Source of the DNA: Schmidtea polychroa
Taxonomy: Eukaryota
DNA length: 64,000 nucleotides
Reading direction: 5' to 3'
Assembly (NCBI GenBank): GCA_044892525.1
Contig: CM097886.1
Span: 16,554,001-16,618,000, forward strand
In this document: one piece after another, positions 14,330-26,963 of the stretch
Layout: each line of letters opens with the position of its first letter
How positions within the stretch are numbered: position 1 is the stretch's first letter
The notes under the pieces: generated by a model
What the model saw: the letters and a program-made list of their open reading frames with translations, nothing else
What the model was told of the DNA's origin: nothing
Database searches by the model: none
Made by a program: the position numbers and the translations under genes

Positions 14330-15309
14330 CTTGAATTTATCAAAAACAAAAAAATACTAAATAAATTTGGAATTCAAGATTTTAAGCACTTTTTATGAAT
14401 AAGAAATATTTGATTGGTCAATTTTTAGCACACACACACGAACATATAATTAATTAGCGGTGATGTGTGTGTGCTTAAATGGGGAAAAGGGGTAATCAAA
14501 GTTTATAGAATCGGTGATTTAATTCGCCATATTCGGATCAAAATTANNNNNNNNNNNNNNNNNNNNNNNNNNNNNNNNNNNNNNNNNNNNNNNNNNNNNN
14601 NNNNNNNNNNNNNNNNNNNNNNNNNNNNNNNNNNNNNNNNNNNNNNNNNNNNNNNNNNNNNNNNNNNNNNNNNNNNNNNNNNNNNNNNNNNNNNNNNNNN
14701 NNNNNNNNNNNNNNNNNNNNNNNNNNNNNNNNNNNNNNNNNNNNNNNNNNNNNNNNNNNNNNNNNNNNNNNNNNNNNNNNNNNNNNNNNNNNNNNNNNNN
14801 NNNNNNNNNNNNNNNTATTAATAATAATAATACTTATTTTTATTCTTATTATTATTATTTATTATTATTTATAATTATTATTATTCTTCCAATAATATGT
14901 TGTCAAGAACTGTTGAGATGAAAGTAAGTTATAAACACGTTTGTTTATATCAAAAACTAATTGTTAGTTTTTTCTAGGATGCACACATTAGTATGTATCT
15001 ATCTTAGATTATTTTTATGACATAATTCTGGAAAAAACATTTTCACCCTCCGGCAACAAAATAATTTCGTAATGAATTATACTTAAACAAACAACAGTGG
15101 GCAACATAAAGCAATTAATGGAGTTAACTATCTCCCAGTTCCAGTCTCAATTTTACTCCTCAAATCCGTGTCGAACCAGAAATTCAAACTTGAATTCCAA
15201 AAGATTTAAGATTTGTTTTCTGTTTGACGAAAACTCTTTTCAATGTAAGGAATGATCAATTAAAACAAAATTGAATTTTTCTTTTAATTTAATTTCAGAA
15301 GTCAGCAGT

Positions 15310-16370
15310 GAGATTGGGAAATTGTTATTACAATTTCGGCGCCTGTATTTACTGTCGAATTGGTGGCAGTGTGCGTTTCAACTTCTACTTCAGGGGGACA
15401 AAGATGCAGATGTTGACGTTGAGATGTATCCTAAAACGAGCTTGGTAATCAATTTGTAAATTTTTCACTAAGTACTCCAAAGATGTCATACTTACAACTT
15501 GTTTCTCGGGCGGCAGCCACCTACTGTGTTTGTACTATACTAGGGAAATTGCAGCTGCACAATCATCAATGAAGACATTTATTACCGTTTCTTTTTTTAC
15601 AAAAGATTTCCTTCAGTCTGTCTATATCAGAAACTTGACCTCGTTTGCGCACCAGTCTACCTTTGAAGTGGAAATGTTCTCCACCAATTTTCTGATATCT
15701 ATTAATTCTAGAAATGGGATTCATACATTTGTTATACATTTTGTATTTATTGCTCGTTGATGGAAAATTTATGTTTTTGTTACATAGGCGGGATAATATA
15801 TCGTATCATTTTATTAATGAATACACACAGAAATGGGTTTACAATTTACTGGGGTAGCCAACTGTTTATTACTTACCTTTTATCTCCCAGCAATTAACCA
15901 GGAGAATTTCGTACATATTTACTTTCAGTTGAACTTCGAATGAACCACTCGAACTAAAAGCAACGAAATTAACAATATTTTAGTTCGACAAAAACGAAAT
16001 ATTGTTTCGAAATGGGTTCACTTTCCATCCTGTTTGCCGTGTTTTGCTTGCTTTCTCAGGCTTGAATTCGATACAAACAAACAAACTAGGTAAACAGGTT
16101 AATTATCTTAATGGATGGGTTTAATTATCCACCACTTGCTTGGATATTTTTTACAATCATCAGATGAATTAGAAGTCAACTCGGTTCGTTGGTTCATTTT
16201 AAACTCTGTAAGATCGAAAAAGAGAGTTTTTATTTATTTTCTTGAATACATTGAAATGCTTATTCAACCGTCGGTAGTAGACCACCTGATAATACAGGTT
16301 CCTTTATTTACCCTAATTATGGCACTTATATTAAGTCATACTAAAGAAATTTTTATCTATTCAATGTCCT
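15310..16370 (-). pseudogene. Possible stop-riddled spliced gene of unknown identity
   Basis: GTAAGT donors near 15876 and 15494 and a ttttag acceptor near 15430. Joined frame ...FIDDCAAAISLV*YKHSRWLPPEKQV|DTSQRQHLHLCPLK*KLKRTLPPIRQ*IQ looks protein-like but has many stops. Confidence 0.25.
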
Positions 16371-16472
16371 AAAAATAAGGATCGTCATTCTTCGAGGGGG
16401 TATCTAACTAATTGATTATTTTTATAATATGGTTTTTAAAAATAAACAAATCCCTTTTTCGATAGTGCATAG

Positions 16473-16945
16473 TTTGGGCGTCCACGTGAATTATTCCAAT
16501 GGGGTGGGGCAAAAATATTTTTTTGTCAAGTAGACAATTTTTCTAGGGGAGAAGAGAGTTGAAAAAAAATGCATGTGCATAATAAATATTTGGGGCATCA
16601 TACAATATATACTTTTTTTTCGTTTATTTACAAAATAGAACACATTTTTTAATAATTTACAAAATAGAACACTTTTTTAAAACCAGAACGTCTGTTAATA
16701 TTGAAAGTTTTTATACAAATAAGATGATTTGAAATCATTGATTTCCAGATATAATTAATAACATTAAAAAAAACAGGAAGCCTCTTTAAATTAAATTTTT
16801 TTATTAATTTATTTTGTCTTGGATTTTTCCAACATTGTTTGAGCGCATCTATTAAAATGTGTTTAAATTAATCGAAAAATAGAATGGTTTGGGAAATTCA
16901 AGGGGGCAAGTGACCCCACTTGGCCCCATTTTGCGGACGCCCATG
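16473..16945. mobile_element. hAT-type MITE, inverted copy of the 8842 family
   Basis: Right TIR TGCGGACGCCCATG, left TIR degenerate. TSD GTGCATAG/GTACATAG (7/8). Interior is the reverse complement of 8842-9284. Confidence 0.85.
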
Positions 16946-17198
16946 GTACATAGTAGAAAATATTCTAATCTCATTTCTAAATTTATATCAATGTCACTAG
17001 TGATTTCTGTTAAATAATGGATTTTTCTGAAAATACTTATTAATAATTAATAATTTTCCTCAGCTATACCTAATCTAAATTATTGTAATTAAATTAGAAA
17101 ATAAATACATTGAAATAGTTCCGTATATTCTTAAAAAATTATTTAGGGATTAAATTATTTTTTCCAACCCCTTTCCTGCGTGCGAAACATTGTATATA

Positions 17199-18200
17199 CA
17201 GGTAAACTTTCATTTATTCGACGTCTGTTTAATTCGATTTTCCTATTAATTCGAATTTCGACTTTCATCTTTAAAAATCAAACCAAATACTTTGACAACA
17301 ATATAGAAGAACTGGGAAAACATCAAATCCAACATATATGAAAATTTGCAAGGAAAAAAATTCAAAGGGACAAGTAATGAAAAACACAATGAACTTGAGC
17401 ATAGTGTCAGAGCCGGCTTTAGGTATAGGCGACATAAGCGGCTGCCTAGAGCGGCATTATTTTAAATGATGAAAAATTAAAATTAAAAAACATTTTTTAT
17501 GTTATGAAAATTATTTGTTGTGCTTCATGCTACTAATTATATAGCACAAAAAATATATAGTACTTTTTATGTAGCACCAAATTGTCTAAGGCCGGCACTG
17601 CGATCACCCCCGTGGTAACAGATTACCCAAGCTAATTACCCGTCTAGAGCGTCATAATTTCAAAATTGTCTAAAGCCGGTACTGCATAGTGTAATAACAT
17701 TTGTTAACAACCTCGAAGTCATAACTTTCCCATAAATAGATCCCTGATTGAAGAAAAAGCAAAGCAGTTGAGCAACAATATTACAATTAATAATTTTTGT
17801 GACAGTTCAGGTTGGTTTCAGAGATTATAAAAGAGAAATGGTCTGTGATAGAAATGCCTTACTGGGAATGTCGCTGAAGCCTATGAAAGTGTTTCAAACG
17901 AATGACTTGTAAACGTGTTTAAGCCATTACAATTACTTTATAATGAAAATGGTAAGCTCAACGAAGATGAAGCTTATGTTTTTCAAATGCCTACCAGATA
18001 AGGTCATGTAGTTTAGAAATGATAAATGCAAAAATCCTAAATTCAGTAAGGAGTGTATAATGGTTTGCACTAATATGACAGGTATGGAAAAGCAAAACTA
18101 ATAATTATTGAACTATCAAAGAATCCATGTTGCTTTAAAAATATTAAAAGCCTAACAGTCAATTACGAAAATAATAGAAAAGTCATGATGAACTTCGCTT
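17199..18200 (+). pseudogene. Tigger/pogo transposon remnant (CENP-B-type HTH), interrupted by a hAT MITE
   Basis: TA+CAGGTAAAC end. After removing 17408-17692 the frame reads ...NELEHSVITFVNN...FPINRSLIEEKAKQL...FCDSSGWFQRL*KRNGL (HTH_Tnp_Tc5 pattern, one frameshift). Confidence 0.75.
17408..17684. mobile_element. hAT-type MITE (277 bp) with a duplicated right end
   Basis: Ends CAGAGCCGGC / GCCGGTACTG. Perfect 8-bp TSD CATAGTGT. A second terminal motif aattgtctaaggccggcactg lies at 17581-17601. Confidence 0.88.
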
Positions 18201-18232
18201 CATTTGAAAATAGTTCATTGGATTAGATAGAC

Positions 18233-18574
18233 CAGGTATGTCCAAACGTCCAAATCCTATTGAATTGTAAACTGAAATAATAGAATATTTGATATTATAT
18301 TAAATACGATAAACAAATAATTGTAATATTATATTTTGTTTATAAATAATCAAGAAACATTTAGTGAGTTATATTCAAACAAAAACTATAAATATAAATA
18401 TACAAAAAGTATAAATATTAAATCATTATATTGGATTACATTTATAAATATCAATATCAATTATTAAAAAAATAATTTTAAGCATGAAATTTCATGTCTT
18501 GAATTATATCTAATTGTAAATAAATTCATTAAAAAATCTCTATGACATGGCGGGCTGAAATTTGGACATGCTTG
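18233..18574. mobile_element. hAT-type MITE (342 bp)
   Basis: TIR CAGGTATGTCCAAA / TTTGGACATGCTTG (12/14). Perfect 8-bp TSD AGATAGAC. Confidence 0.88.
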
Positions 18575-19993
18575 AGATAGACGGTTAACTTAAGAAAATA
18601 GAAAAGTATTATATTATTAAATGAATTAATTAATTAATACATTAATTTTACAGTCTATACATTACAATATTTTGTAGAAGATGACGTGAATATGAAATGT
18701 TCCAAGCAATAATACCACAAACTGTAATCGAGACCTTTGTAGATTATATCAACACAGATGAAAACGTAATGGTTGAAGATTCAATGAGTGATTAGGATAT
18801 TATTGAAATTTTTTAGGAAACATTAACTAAAATCTTTGGAACCAAAATTCCACTTGCAGATGGGCGCCAAATGTTACCCAAATAAAACAAGATTTTTTGG
18901 AAAATTTCAATTTTATTTTGGACGATTTCTGGGAAATATATTTTAAATTAATAATTATTGTAATATAATTAATTATTTCCTTTTTTTCAATTTTCTGATA
19001 AAATATGTTATAAATAATGTTTGTAGTAAATCAATCAAATATCTCCATTTATAAAACGTTCTTTCTTCTTTCATTCTGAACACCTTATTTTTCTAAGAGA
19101 GTGATATTTTTAAACGATAAGTACAGAAAAGGCAACAAAAACACTCATTGTAATTTCGAACTTTCTGGAGTTTAAAGATGTTGCTTATTAAATTCAGTAA
19201 TAATCTTCAAATAATATCGAAATGAATATTCGTGGATTCCTCATATGTCCGAATGAAATCAGTAAAATTTAAAGCTTAACGTGAGCCGGTGTTCTTATTT
19301 ATCGCGAAAAAGAGTAGTATTTTGTATAAGCATAGGTAAGTAGCGACTATTCGTAATATATTATAGATTATTTTAAGATAGGTAATGCATTCAATTATAA
19401 TTATATTTGTATTATATTCTTATTACAAGTATATTCTATATTTTATATTACTGTATGTTTTTTGGATGGGGCGTCAAAAAGGTATCGTGCCCCGGGTGCC
19501 AGTAATTCATGTTGCACCACTGTATTCAACAAAACCAAACAATTTAATCGGTTTTCAATACTTAGTAAGCTCTTTTGTAGTTAATTATTTCTAGTTAATA
19601 AATGAAATAATTTCACTCATTAAAATTTGTCACTCATTAAAACGTCACAATAAATTTAATGATTTTTATGGTCTTAGAGGCGAGTTGAAGTCCGCGAGCC
19701 GCCATTACCCTGGTTGTGCGCGTGCTTTGTATAATATACAGAAGTTGGACAATATTACAATACCGTATTGTGATGCCATTTTATTATTGTGTTATTTTAT
19801 TGTTTCAATATTTTATTAATCTATTTTGTTGTTAATATTCGAATCACATTGAATTGTAAAGAAAATTTGAACTTACTACAGAGATCAAAAAATATTTACG
19901 AATAAAAAATCTATTTTGGAAGACAGTGTAACTTCTATAAGCGAGGCATGATTTTTCCCATGTGCCTCGCTTATAGAGTATATCCCGCTCATG

Positions 19994-22764
19994 CAGGCCC
20001 GACGCTAGAGTATTTGGCGCCCTAGGCAAACTAAAAAAATGGCGCCTCTAGTCTAGAAACAAACCCAATAATTAAAGAAGTAAATGAAAATAAAATAACT
20101 ATACTTCATTTATTTATTACACAAAAATATATATAAAAACAAAAACCATTTAAAATTTAATTTTTCGTGCTTTTAGTTTAGCGAAATCTTCAAGCAGCAA
20201 CTTCGTATCTATATCACGCGCCATTTCGTGTTCAATCGACAATATTGCTAATCCCACAAGCCGTTCTTGTGACATTGTAGATCTTATATATGTTTTGATC
20301 TGTTTAAGCTTCGAAAAGCTTCGTTCACCGCTTGCCACAGAAACTGGTAGGGTTAATAAAATTCGCAAAGCAACATCGATTCGGCTCTCCCATCTTGTAT
20401 CGCTCAATGGCTTCACTGTCAAGTTTGAAGCATGACGTTTTAAAACTTCCCATCGACGTGTTGAAGCGGCAAAATAGACATATATTCGTTGCACTAACAT
20501 AAAAAATGATGTAGCATCTAAACAACAGCTTACAGCGTCATTAACAACCAGATTCAAAGAATGCGCAGAACAAGGAACAAATAGTGCTCGTGGATTTAGA
20601 TTCAGAATTCGCCGTTGCACGCCATTTTCTTTGCCTTTCATATTGCTACCATTATCGTATCCTTGGCCACGCAAGTTCTCAATAGGTAATGACATATCTG
20701 CTAACATCTGAACGATTTCATCGGTCATACCAGCACCAGTTGTATCTGTTAGTTTCACAAATCCCAAAAAATGTTCTCTTATGCATATGGGATCTAAATC
20801 ACAATTTTCTGTATTTGTATGGACAAAACGAATAATCAACGTCATTTGTTCAGTATGGCTAACGTCTGGTGTGCAATCCAGGATTATTGAAAAATATTTA
20901 GCCATGGAAATCGATTTTAAAATTTTTGTTTTAATACTCTTAGATAAAAGTTGTATTAACTCATTCTGAATATCTTTTCCCAAATAATGAACTTGTGTTT
21001 CATTGTTCTTTATTCTGCGAAGATGCTCACCCATAATTGGATCAAAAGAGGCCAAATATTCTACAAAGCTAAGGAAGTTTCCATTTGCAGGAGAATACAA
21101 TTTTTCATTGCTTCCGCGAAATGCAATATTTTGCGTAGCAAGCACTTTAACTAGACCTATAAGACGCTCTAAGACTTGTTGCCAGTGTCTCTCTTCTTGT
21201 TTTATGAGACGCAAATTATCCTGGTCAATAGTTTTATTCTTTTTTAAACGCAATTCTAGCTCCTTCCAAGTTTGAAAATTAATTAAATGATCCTTATTTT
21301 TCTCATGTCTTTCTAAAATTACAGACATATTTTTCCAATCGCTTGATCCTTTATCGGAGAGATGTATTACACGCTGGTTATTATTAAAAATTTTGCAACA
21401 AAAGCAGAAAGCCGAATTAGTTGTTTTGGAATACTGTAGCCAATGACGCCGCATTTCTTCTCCATTTGCAAGTCTCCTTCTATAAAAATTCATTGAAAAT
21501 TTTCTATGGCTCTCATTTTGAGGAAAATCAAATTCTTCAATTTGTTCTGGTCCGTGTTCAACCAAAATTTGCCTCAAACGGCCAGAACGTAAGTCATGTG
21601 AATTTAACCAAGTTGCCGGATCACTATAATCAAGACTCGAATTTACGCTTTCTAATATTTCCAAAGTTTCATTAATTAAAATTTCTTCAGTGTCTTCTAT
21701 AGTTTCTAATACAATTTCTTCTATAGGTTCTTCAACAGTTTCTTCAATTGTTTCAACTTCAGTTTCTTCTATAGTTTCTTCCACATTCGTATGTGGAAAC
21801 TCAGTCAAAATAGGCACCTCTGCATTTCTAGTTGTAGAGTTCCTATCCATTTGCTCTTCCAAATTGCAGTATACTTGTTTTCTCGGAGTCATTTCATTTC
21901 GATTTTTATCTTGTGATTGTTGACGACAAATATATTTCAGAAAAGCACCTTCTTGCTTTTTTTCTTCATTTTTCTTTTCAGCTTTACGTTTTCTATTTTG
22001 TGCGCCAGATAATTTTTTTCTATCTGCCATTATGCTACCCCAAGTAAAAATTAATAGAATATAATAGATTTAATAATAGGTGTAGAAAAATCCAATATAA
22101 ATTAAATTACTGTGTTGTATATATGTAAAAATTATACTGGAAGTACGACCGAAATTATATATACTTTAAATAAAAAAAATTTGAGCCCTGCACTAATTAA
22201 ATTTTATTTTTTTTTCACTTTCTGTTTATTTATTTTTTAACTTTTTTAACATTTACTTTAGTCTTTTAAAACTTTACTGCATGTGACTTTATTCTTTTAA
22301 AATAAAACTAAAAATTATTGCGCAATTTAAAAAAATTTCAGAGCATGCTATATGCTAAATTTTTTTTAAAACCGCTTTTCAGTTAACTTTTTTGAACTTG
22401 CAAAATATTTTTTTAAATCGATTTTCCGTTGTATTTTTTTAAATTTTAAAAGAAATAAGTAATCGGTATCGGACTAAAACAACGATNNNNNNNNNNNNNN
22501 NNNNNNNNNNNNNNNNNNNNNNNNNNNNNNNNNNNNNNNNNNNNNNNNNNNNNNNNNNNNNNNNNNNNNNNNNNNNNNNNNNNNNNNNNNNNNNNNNNNN
22601 NNNNNNNNNNNNNNNNNNNNNNNNNNNNNNNNNATCAATATAAAGATAGAAAGTTTATAAAATATTTAATTTACTTGATAAAAAAAGCAGAACTATTTGG
22701 CGCCCGCTTGTAAATCGGCGCCCTAGGCTGCTGCCGACGTCGCCTATGCCTAAAACCGGGCCTG
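19994..22764 (-). mobile_element. hAT DNA transposon (2771 bp)
   Basis: TIR CAGGCCCG / CGGGCCTG, subterminal ggcgccctaggc motifs, perfect 8-bp TSD CGCTCATG (19986-19993, 22765-22772), transposase ORF inside. Confidence 0.95.
20150..22030 (-). CDS. hAT transposase (DUF4371/ZMYM1-like, TTF-type zinc finger), 626 aa, with an in-frame internal deletion
   Basis: WLQYS...FCFCCKIF...WKN...HE zinc finger, FSIILDCTPDVSHTEQ, GQGYDNGSNMKG, CSAHSLNL. TRWESRID is joined directly to VALRILLTLPVSVASGERSFS. Confidence 0.92.
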   Translation of the reverse strand: MADRKKLSGAQNRKRKAEKKNEEKKQEGAFLKYICRQQSQDKNRNEMTPRKQVYCNLEEQMDRNSTTRNAEVPILTEFPHTNVEETIEETEVETIEETVEEPIEEIVLETIEDTEEILINETLEILESVNSSLDYSDPATWLNSHDLRSGRLRQILVEHGPEQIEEFDFPQNESHRKFSMNFYRRRLANGEEMRRHWLQYSKTTNSAFCFCCKIFNNNQRVIHLSDKGSSDWKNMSVILERHEKNKDHLINFQTWKELELRLKKNKTIDQDNLRLIKQEERHWQQVLERLIGLVKVLATQNIAFRGSNEKLYSPANGNFLSFVEYLASFDPIMGEHLRRIKNNETQVHYLGKDIQNELIQLLSKSIKTKILKSISMAKYFSIILDCTPDVSHTEQMTLIIRFVHTNTENCDLDPICIREHFLGFVKLTDTTGAGMTDEIVQMLADMSLPIENLRGQGYDNGSNMKGKENGVQRRILNLNPRALFVPCSAHSLNLVVNDAVSCCLDATSFFMLVQRIYVYFAASTRRWEVLKRHASNLTVKPLSDTRWESRIDVALRILLTLPVSVASGERSFSKLKQIKTYIRSTMSQERLVGLAILSIEHEMARDIDTKLLLEDFAKLKARKIKF

Positions 22765-23476
22765 CGCTCATGGAATTATTTTCTAAACATTTCTAATGGG
22801 TATCCAAAATTAAATGTACCAATAATTATTAAAAATAGTAAAAAAGCTGGAAATTTGAAATCAAAAACGCCAAATAAACATGCTAAAATATATTTATACA
22901 AGACGATATTTAAACTAAGATTTTTATTAATATTAGTAATATTATTTTAATGCAGATAAGCAAATGATTAACTGAATTAAATGAATTGATTATTATTTAT
23001 TTTAGAGAAAATTCAATAAATATATATTTTTATTCAAGAAATATGACTTATTTTTGTTAGTTTATAAGGCTAGTAATTAAAGAAAATTAAACCAAATAAT
23101 AACTAACCAAAAAATAAGTTGCCCCACTTATCGAGTGTGGCCCAATTATAAGTGCCTCGCTGATAGAAGTTATGTTGTAAATAGAAATTATGAAGTTCGT
23201 AAAAAAATTTATACTTATGTTCGTTGGGTTCGTGAAGGTTTTATAATTTTATTTTATTAATAAATTGTTTGTAAGTCAGAAATTTTGTTGTTACTTATTA
23301 TTATTGTTATTATTTTTATTTTCAAACAAATCTTATTAGTAGGGTATTGTGTGGACCCGGGAACAAAGACATATGACGTCATCGATGATGTCACAAAGAC
23401 ATATGAGTCATACCCCCACCCCGGGGTTTTTTTTTAATTAAAAAAAAAATTTTTTTTTTAAAATTTTTTTTTAATT

Positions 23477-23578
23477 TATATTACGTTGCGGTATTTTAAA
23501 ATTTATATTACGTTGCGGTATTTTAAAATTTATTATATTTTAATTATTAAATATATTACGTTGCGGTATTTTAAAAAA
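23477..23578. repeat. Subterminal 27-bp repeats in the Polinton left end
   Basis: tatattacgttgcggtattttaaaa occurs twice in tandem (period 27) plus a third copy near 23552. Confidence 0.85.
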
Positions 23579-23884
23579 CTTATTTTGACGAAAAAGTTGA
23601 CAAAATTATTATTCACACAATATAGTCTATCAGACAAGATATTCTGTCACACACACACAAGGTATAAAAAATATTATTAGTGTCCACACACGCAACAAGT
23701 TAGTGTTCTCATCGATAGCTATTGATATATTATTATTAATCTATATACTCCGAGTCTATCCGACAAAATATTCTGTCCCCTTATGGGTACTGCTCACAAG
23801 GGTACTGGTCACGCTCAACAACTCACAATGATATTATCAAACAATGTAATAAAACACATATTTTCTAAATTTATTACTATTATT

Positions 23885-23895
23885 ATGATTATTAA

Positions 23896-23958
<63 letters not shown>
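23885..23958. repeat. (ATT)n microsatellite
   Basis: ATT run; it produces the spurious poly-Ile ORF 23783-23968. Confidence 0.9.
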
Positions 23959-23959
<1 letters not shown>

Positions 23960-24604
23960 ATTGTTTAAAAAACTTAAAAACTTATAACAATAAATAAATA
24001 CTTACATTTTCGTCCTTTCGAAAGAAATTTTCCAGCATCAGAACCAGCAGAAGTATTTATTACATTTCCATCTAAAAGCATAATAANNNNNNNNNNNNNN
24101 NNNNNNNNNNNNNNNNNNNNNNNNNNNNNNNNNNNNNNNNNNNNNNNNNNNNNNNNNNNNNNNNNNNNNNNNNNNNNNNNNNNNNNNNNNNNNNNNNNNN
24201 NNNNNNNNNNNNNNNNNNNNNACTTATGAAAAGAAGATTTATTTATGATGATTTTGAAAAGAAGATTTATGAAAAGAAGATTTATTTATTTATTTATGAT
24301 GATTTTGAAAAGAAGATTTATTAAATATGATGATTTTGAACATTATAATTAATAACTTTTATATATTATTTATGAAAATAAAATCTATTTTAGAAAATGA
24401 ATTATTTATTTATGAAAATGAATTAAATTATTTATGAAAACGAATTAAATTATATATTTTATAATATTTTTTATAATATTTTTTATAAGATACTATTTAA
24501 AAGACAATTTTGAATAATATCTTACGAAAAATATCTTAAACTTTAAAAATGATTATTATCTTAATATTTTTTAAACATTTTATGATAAAAATATTTTCAT
24601 AGGT

Positions 24605-26963
24605 TTGAAATACCAAAACTTTTGTAATAGTCAATATCATAATGACTGCGATGATATAATGGAAAGATATTATAGTCATAAATATAACGGTGTCACCTAC
24701 ATCCTATGCCCTAAATGTGAGGTTATTGAAGTTATAACGTATAAGGAATTTTATAATAAGCATAGACTCCATCTCCAACAATTTAAACCTTCTAAGAAGT
24801 CTCTTTTCTATAGCTTANNNNNNNNNNNNNNNNNNNNNNNNNNNNNNNNNNNNNNNNNNNNNNNNNNNNNNNNNNNNNNNNNNNNNNNNNNNNNNNNNNN
24901 NNNNNNNNNNNNNNNNNNNNNNNNNNNNNNNNNNNNNNNNNNNNNNNNNNNNNNNNNNNNNNNNNNNNNNNNNNNNNNNNNNNNNNNNNNNNNNNNNNNN
25001 NNNNNNNNNNNNNNNNNNNNNNNNNNNNNNNNNNNNNNNNNNNNNNNNNNNNNNNNNNNNNNNNNNNNNNATACTAACAACACCAATAATAATGATATAA
25101 ACGAAATAACTAAACTAAAAGATCAAGTAAATAAATTAAATGATCAAATAAATAATCTAATTAATATGAATAAAAGAAAAAATAATGAAAAAATAAATTC
25201 AATACCAAGTAAAAAATCTAAAGTTATTGATGTAATTACAATAAGTGATGATGAAATAATCAACATAAGTGATGATGAAATTGATAATAGTAGTAGTAGT
25301 AGTAATATTTATTATAATAATAATGGTAATAATAATAATAATAATATTAATCAAATAGGTTATGGTGTCGTAGATGTCACCAGTGATTTAAATAATAATC
25401 ATATTATATTAAAAATGGACGTTTCGTCTTTAGATTTAAAAACGGTCTTTGTTCCAGACATTTTAATAAATAAATTAAAATTATATGTAAATAAATTAAA
25501 ATCATGTAAAATTCAATTTTGTCTAAAGGTGGAATTTATAAAAGATGATGAGTTACAATCTTTTGTAATCTCGAATTCCGCCCGAGTTTGGAGCGATACA
25601 TTCATTGACGAAGGTATTGCTCGTTTAAATGAAAAAATAATTAAAATTAATGAGAAAGGTAGTAATTGGACTATCAATAAAATAGAATACATAAGCTTTG
25701 TTCTTACTAAATTTGCTGAAATAAGTCGGTTAAGTGGTAGAAGTTTTATTGAAACCCCAAAATCTTTAAGAAACTTAAGCTGTCTCGTTAATGTAGTTAA
25801 TAATGACCACTTCTGTTTTTTGTATAGTTTCTTGTCAATTATTAAATATGATAGTATAAATAGGCAATATAGAAATCGCCCTAATTCATACAATCTTTCT
25901 GAAATTAAATTTGATCCTAATGATATGCCGATGAAACTATCAAATATAAGTAAATTTGAACAACAAAATCCAGGTTATAGTATAAATGTTCTTACTTATA
26001 ACGAAAAGGCTTTGATTGACATTTCCGATGAAGATGCAGTTATGAAACATCCCTTTATTGATATAATATACAGGAGTAAGATAGTAGGAGCCATACCTAT
26101 CAATTTATTATTAATTAAAAAGAATGATGATTATCATTATCTTGGAATCACAGACCTAAATAGATTCCTTAATTGTAGGAATAGTTCAATCACTCTTGTT
26201 AGGATTTGTAGTCAGTGGTGCCCTAGATGTTTAAACGGTTTTAGAAATGATGACGCTTTTAATAGACATAAGGGTCTTTGCGATAAAAATCAGCTTGGTA
26301 CTACCTTGTACACATTGCCTAAAAATAAATATTTAGAATTTACTGATTGGAGTAAAACAGTCACTCCTCCCTTTGTTATTTACGCTGACTTTGAGGCTAT
26401 CTTACCTAAAGACACTCGCTACTTTCAACGTCATCTGCCTATTTCTGCCGGTATGCTTTTTATTAATAATTTTACGGGCGTAAAAATTTATAAGTCGTTC
26501 ACCGGTTTAGATTGTGTCGATCAATTTCTTACTGAAATTGAAATGATAGGGAAATATATTGTAACTCCTTATTATTATAAAAATTATCAAAAGAAAATGA
26601 TAATTACAGATGAGCAACAATTAATGTTTGAAAACAGCACATCATGCTATTTGTGCAATAAGCCTTTAGTTAGTCCAGTTAGGGACCATGATCATTTTAC
26701 AGGTCTATATCTCGGTGCCGCTTGTACAACTTGTAATCTGTCGAGGCAAATTAGACATACCCTTCCTGTAGTATTTCATAATTTAAAGGGTTATGATCTG
26801 CATCATATCTTGAAATTTGGCCTTTCAAAATATCATTCATGGAATATTAGTTGTATTCCTTTAACCAGCGAGAAATTCCTTAGTCTTTTTGCTAGGATTG
26901 ACTCATTAACTGTTAAATTTATAGACTCTTATCAATTTGTCAGCGAGTCTTTAAATAATGCTG
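24605..26963 (+). pseudogene. polB: Protein-primed family B DNA polymerase, 5' part (interrupted)
   Basis: ExoI VIYADFEA, endonuclease-VII-like CYLC...DHDHFTG...AACTTCNL, ExoII FHNLKGYD, DSYQFVSESL. The frame is conserved across the masked 24818-25070 tract. The true start codon is uncertain. Confidence 0.92.
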
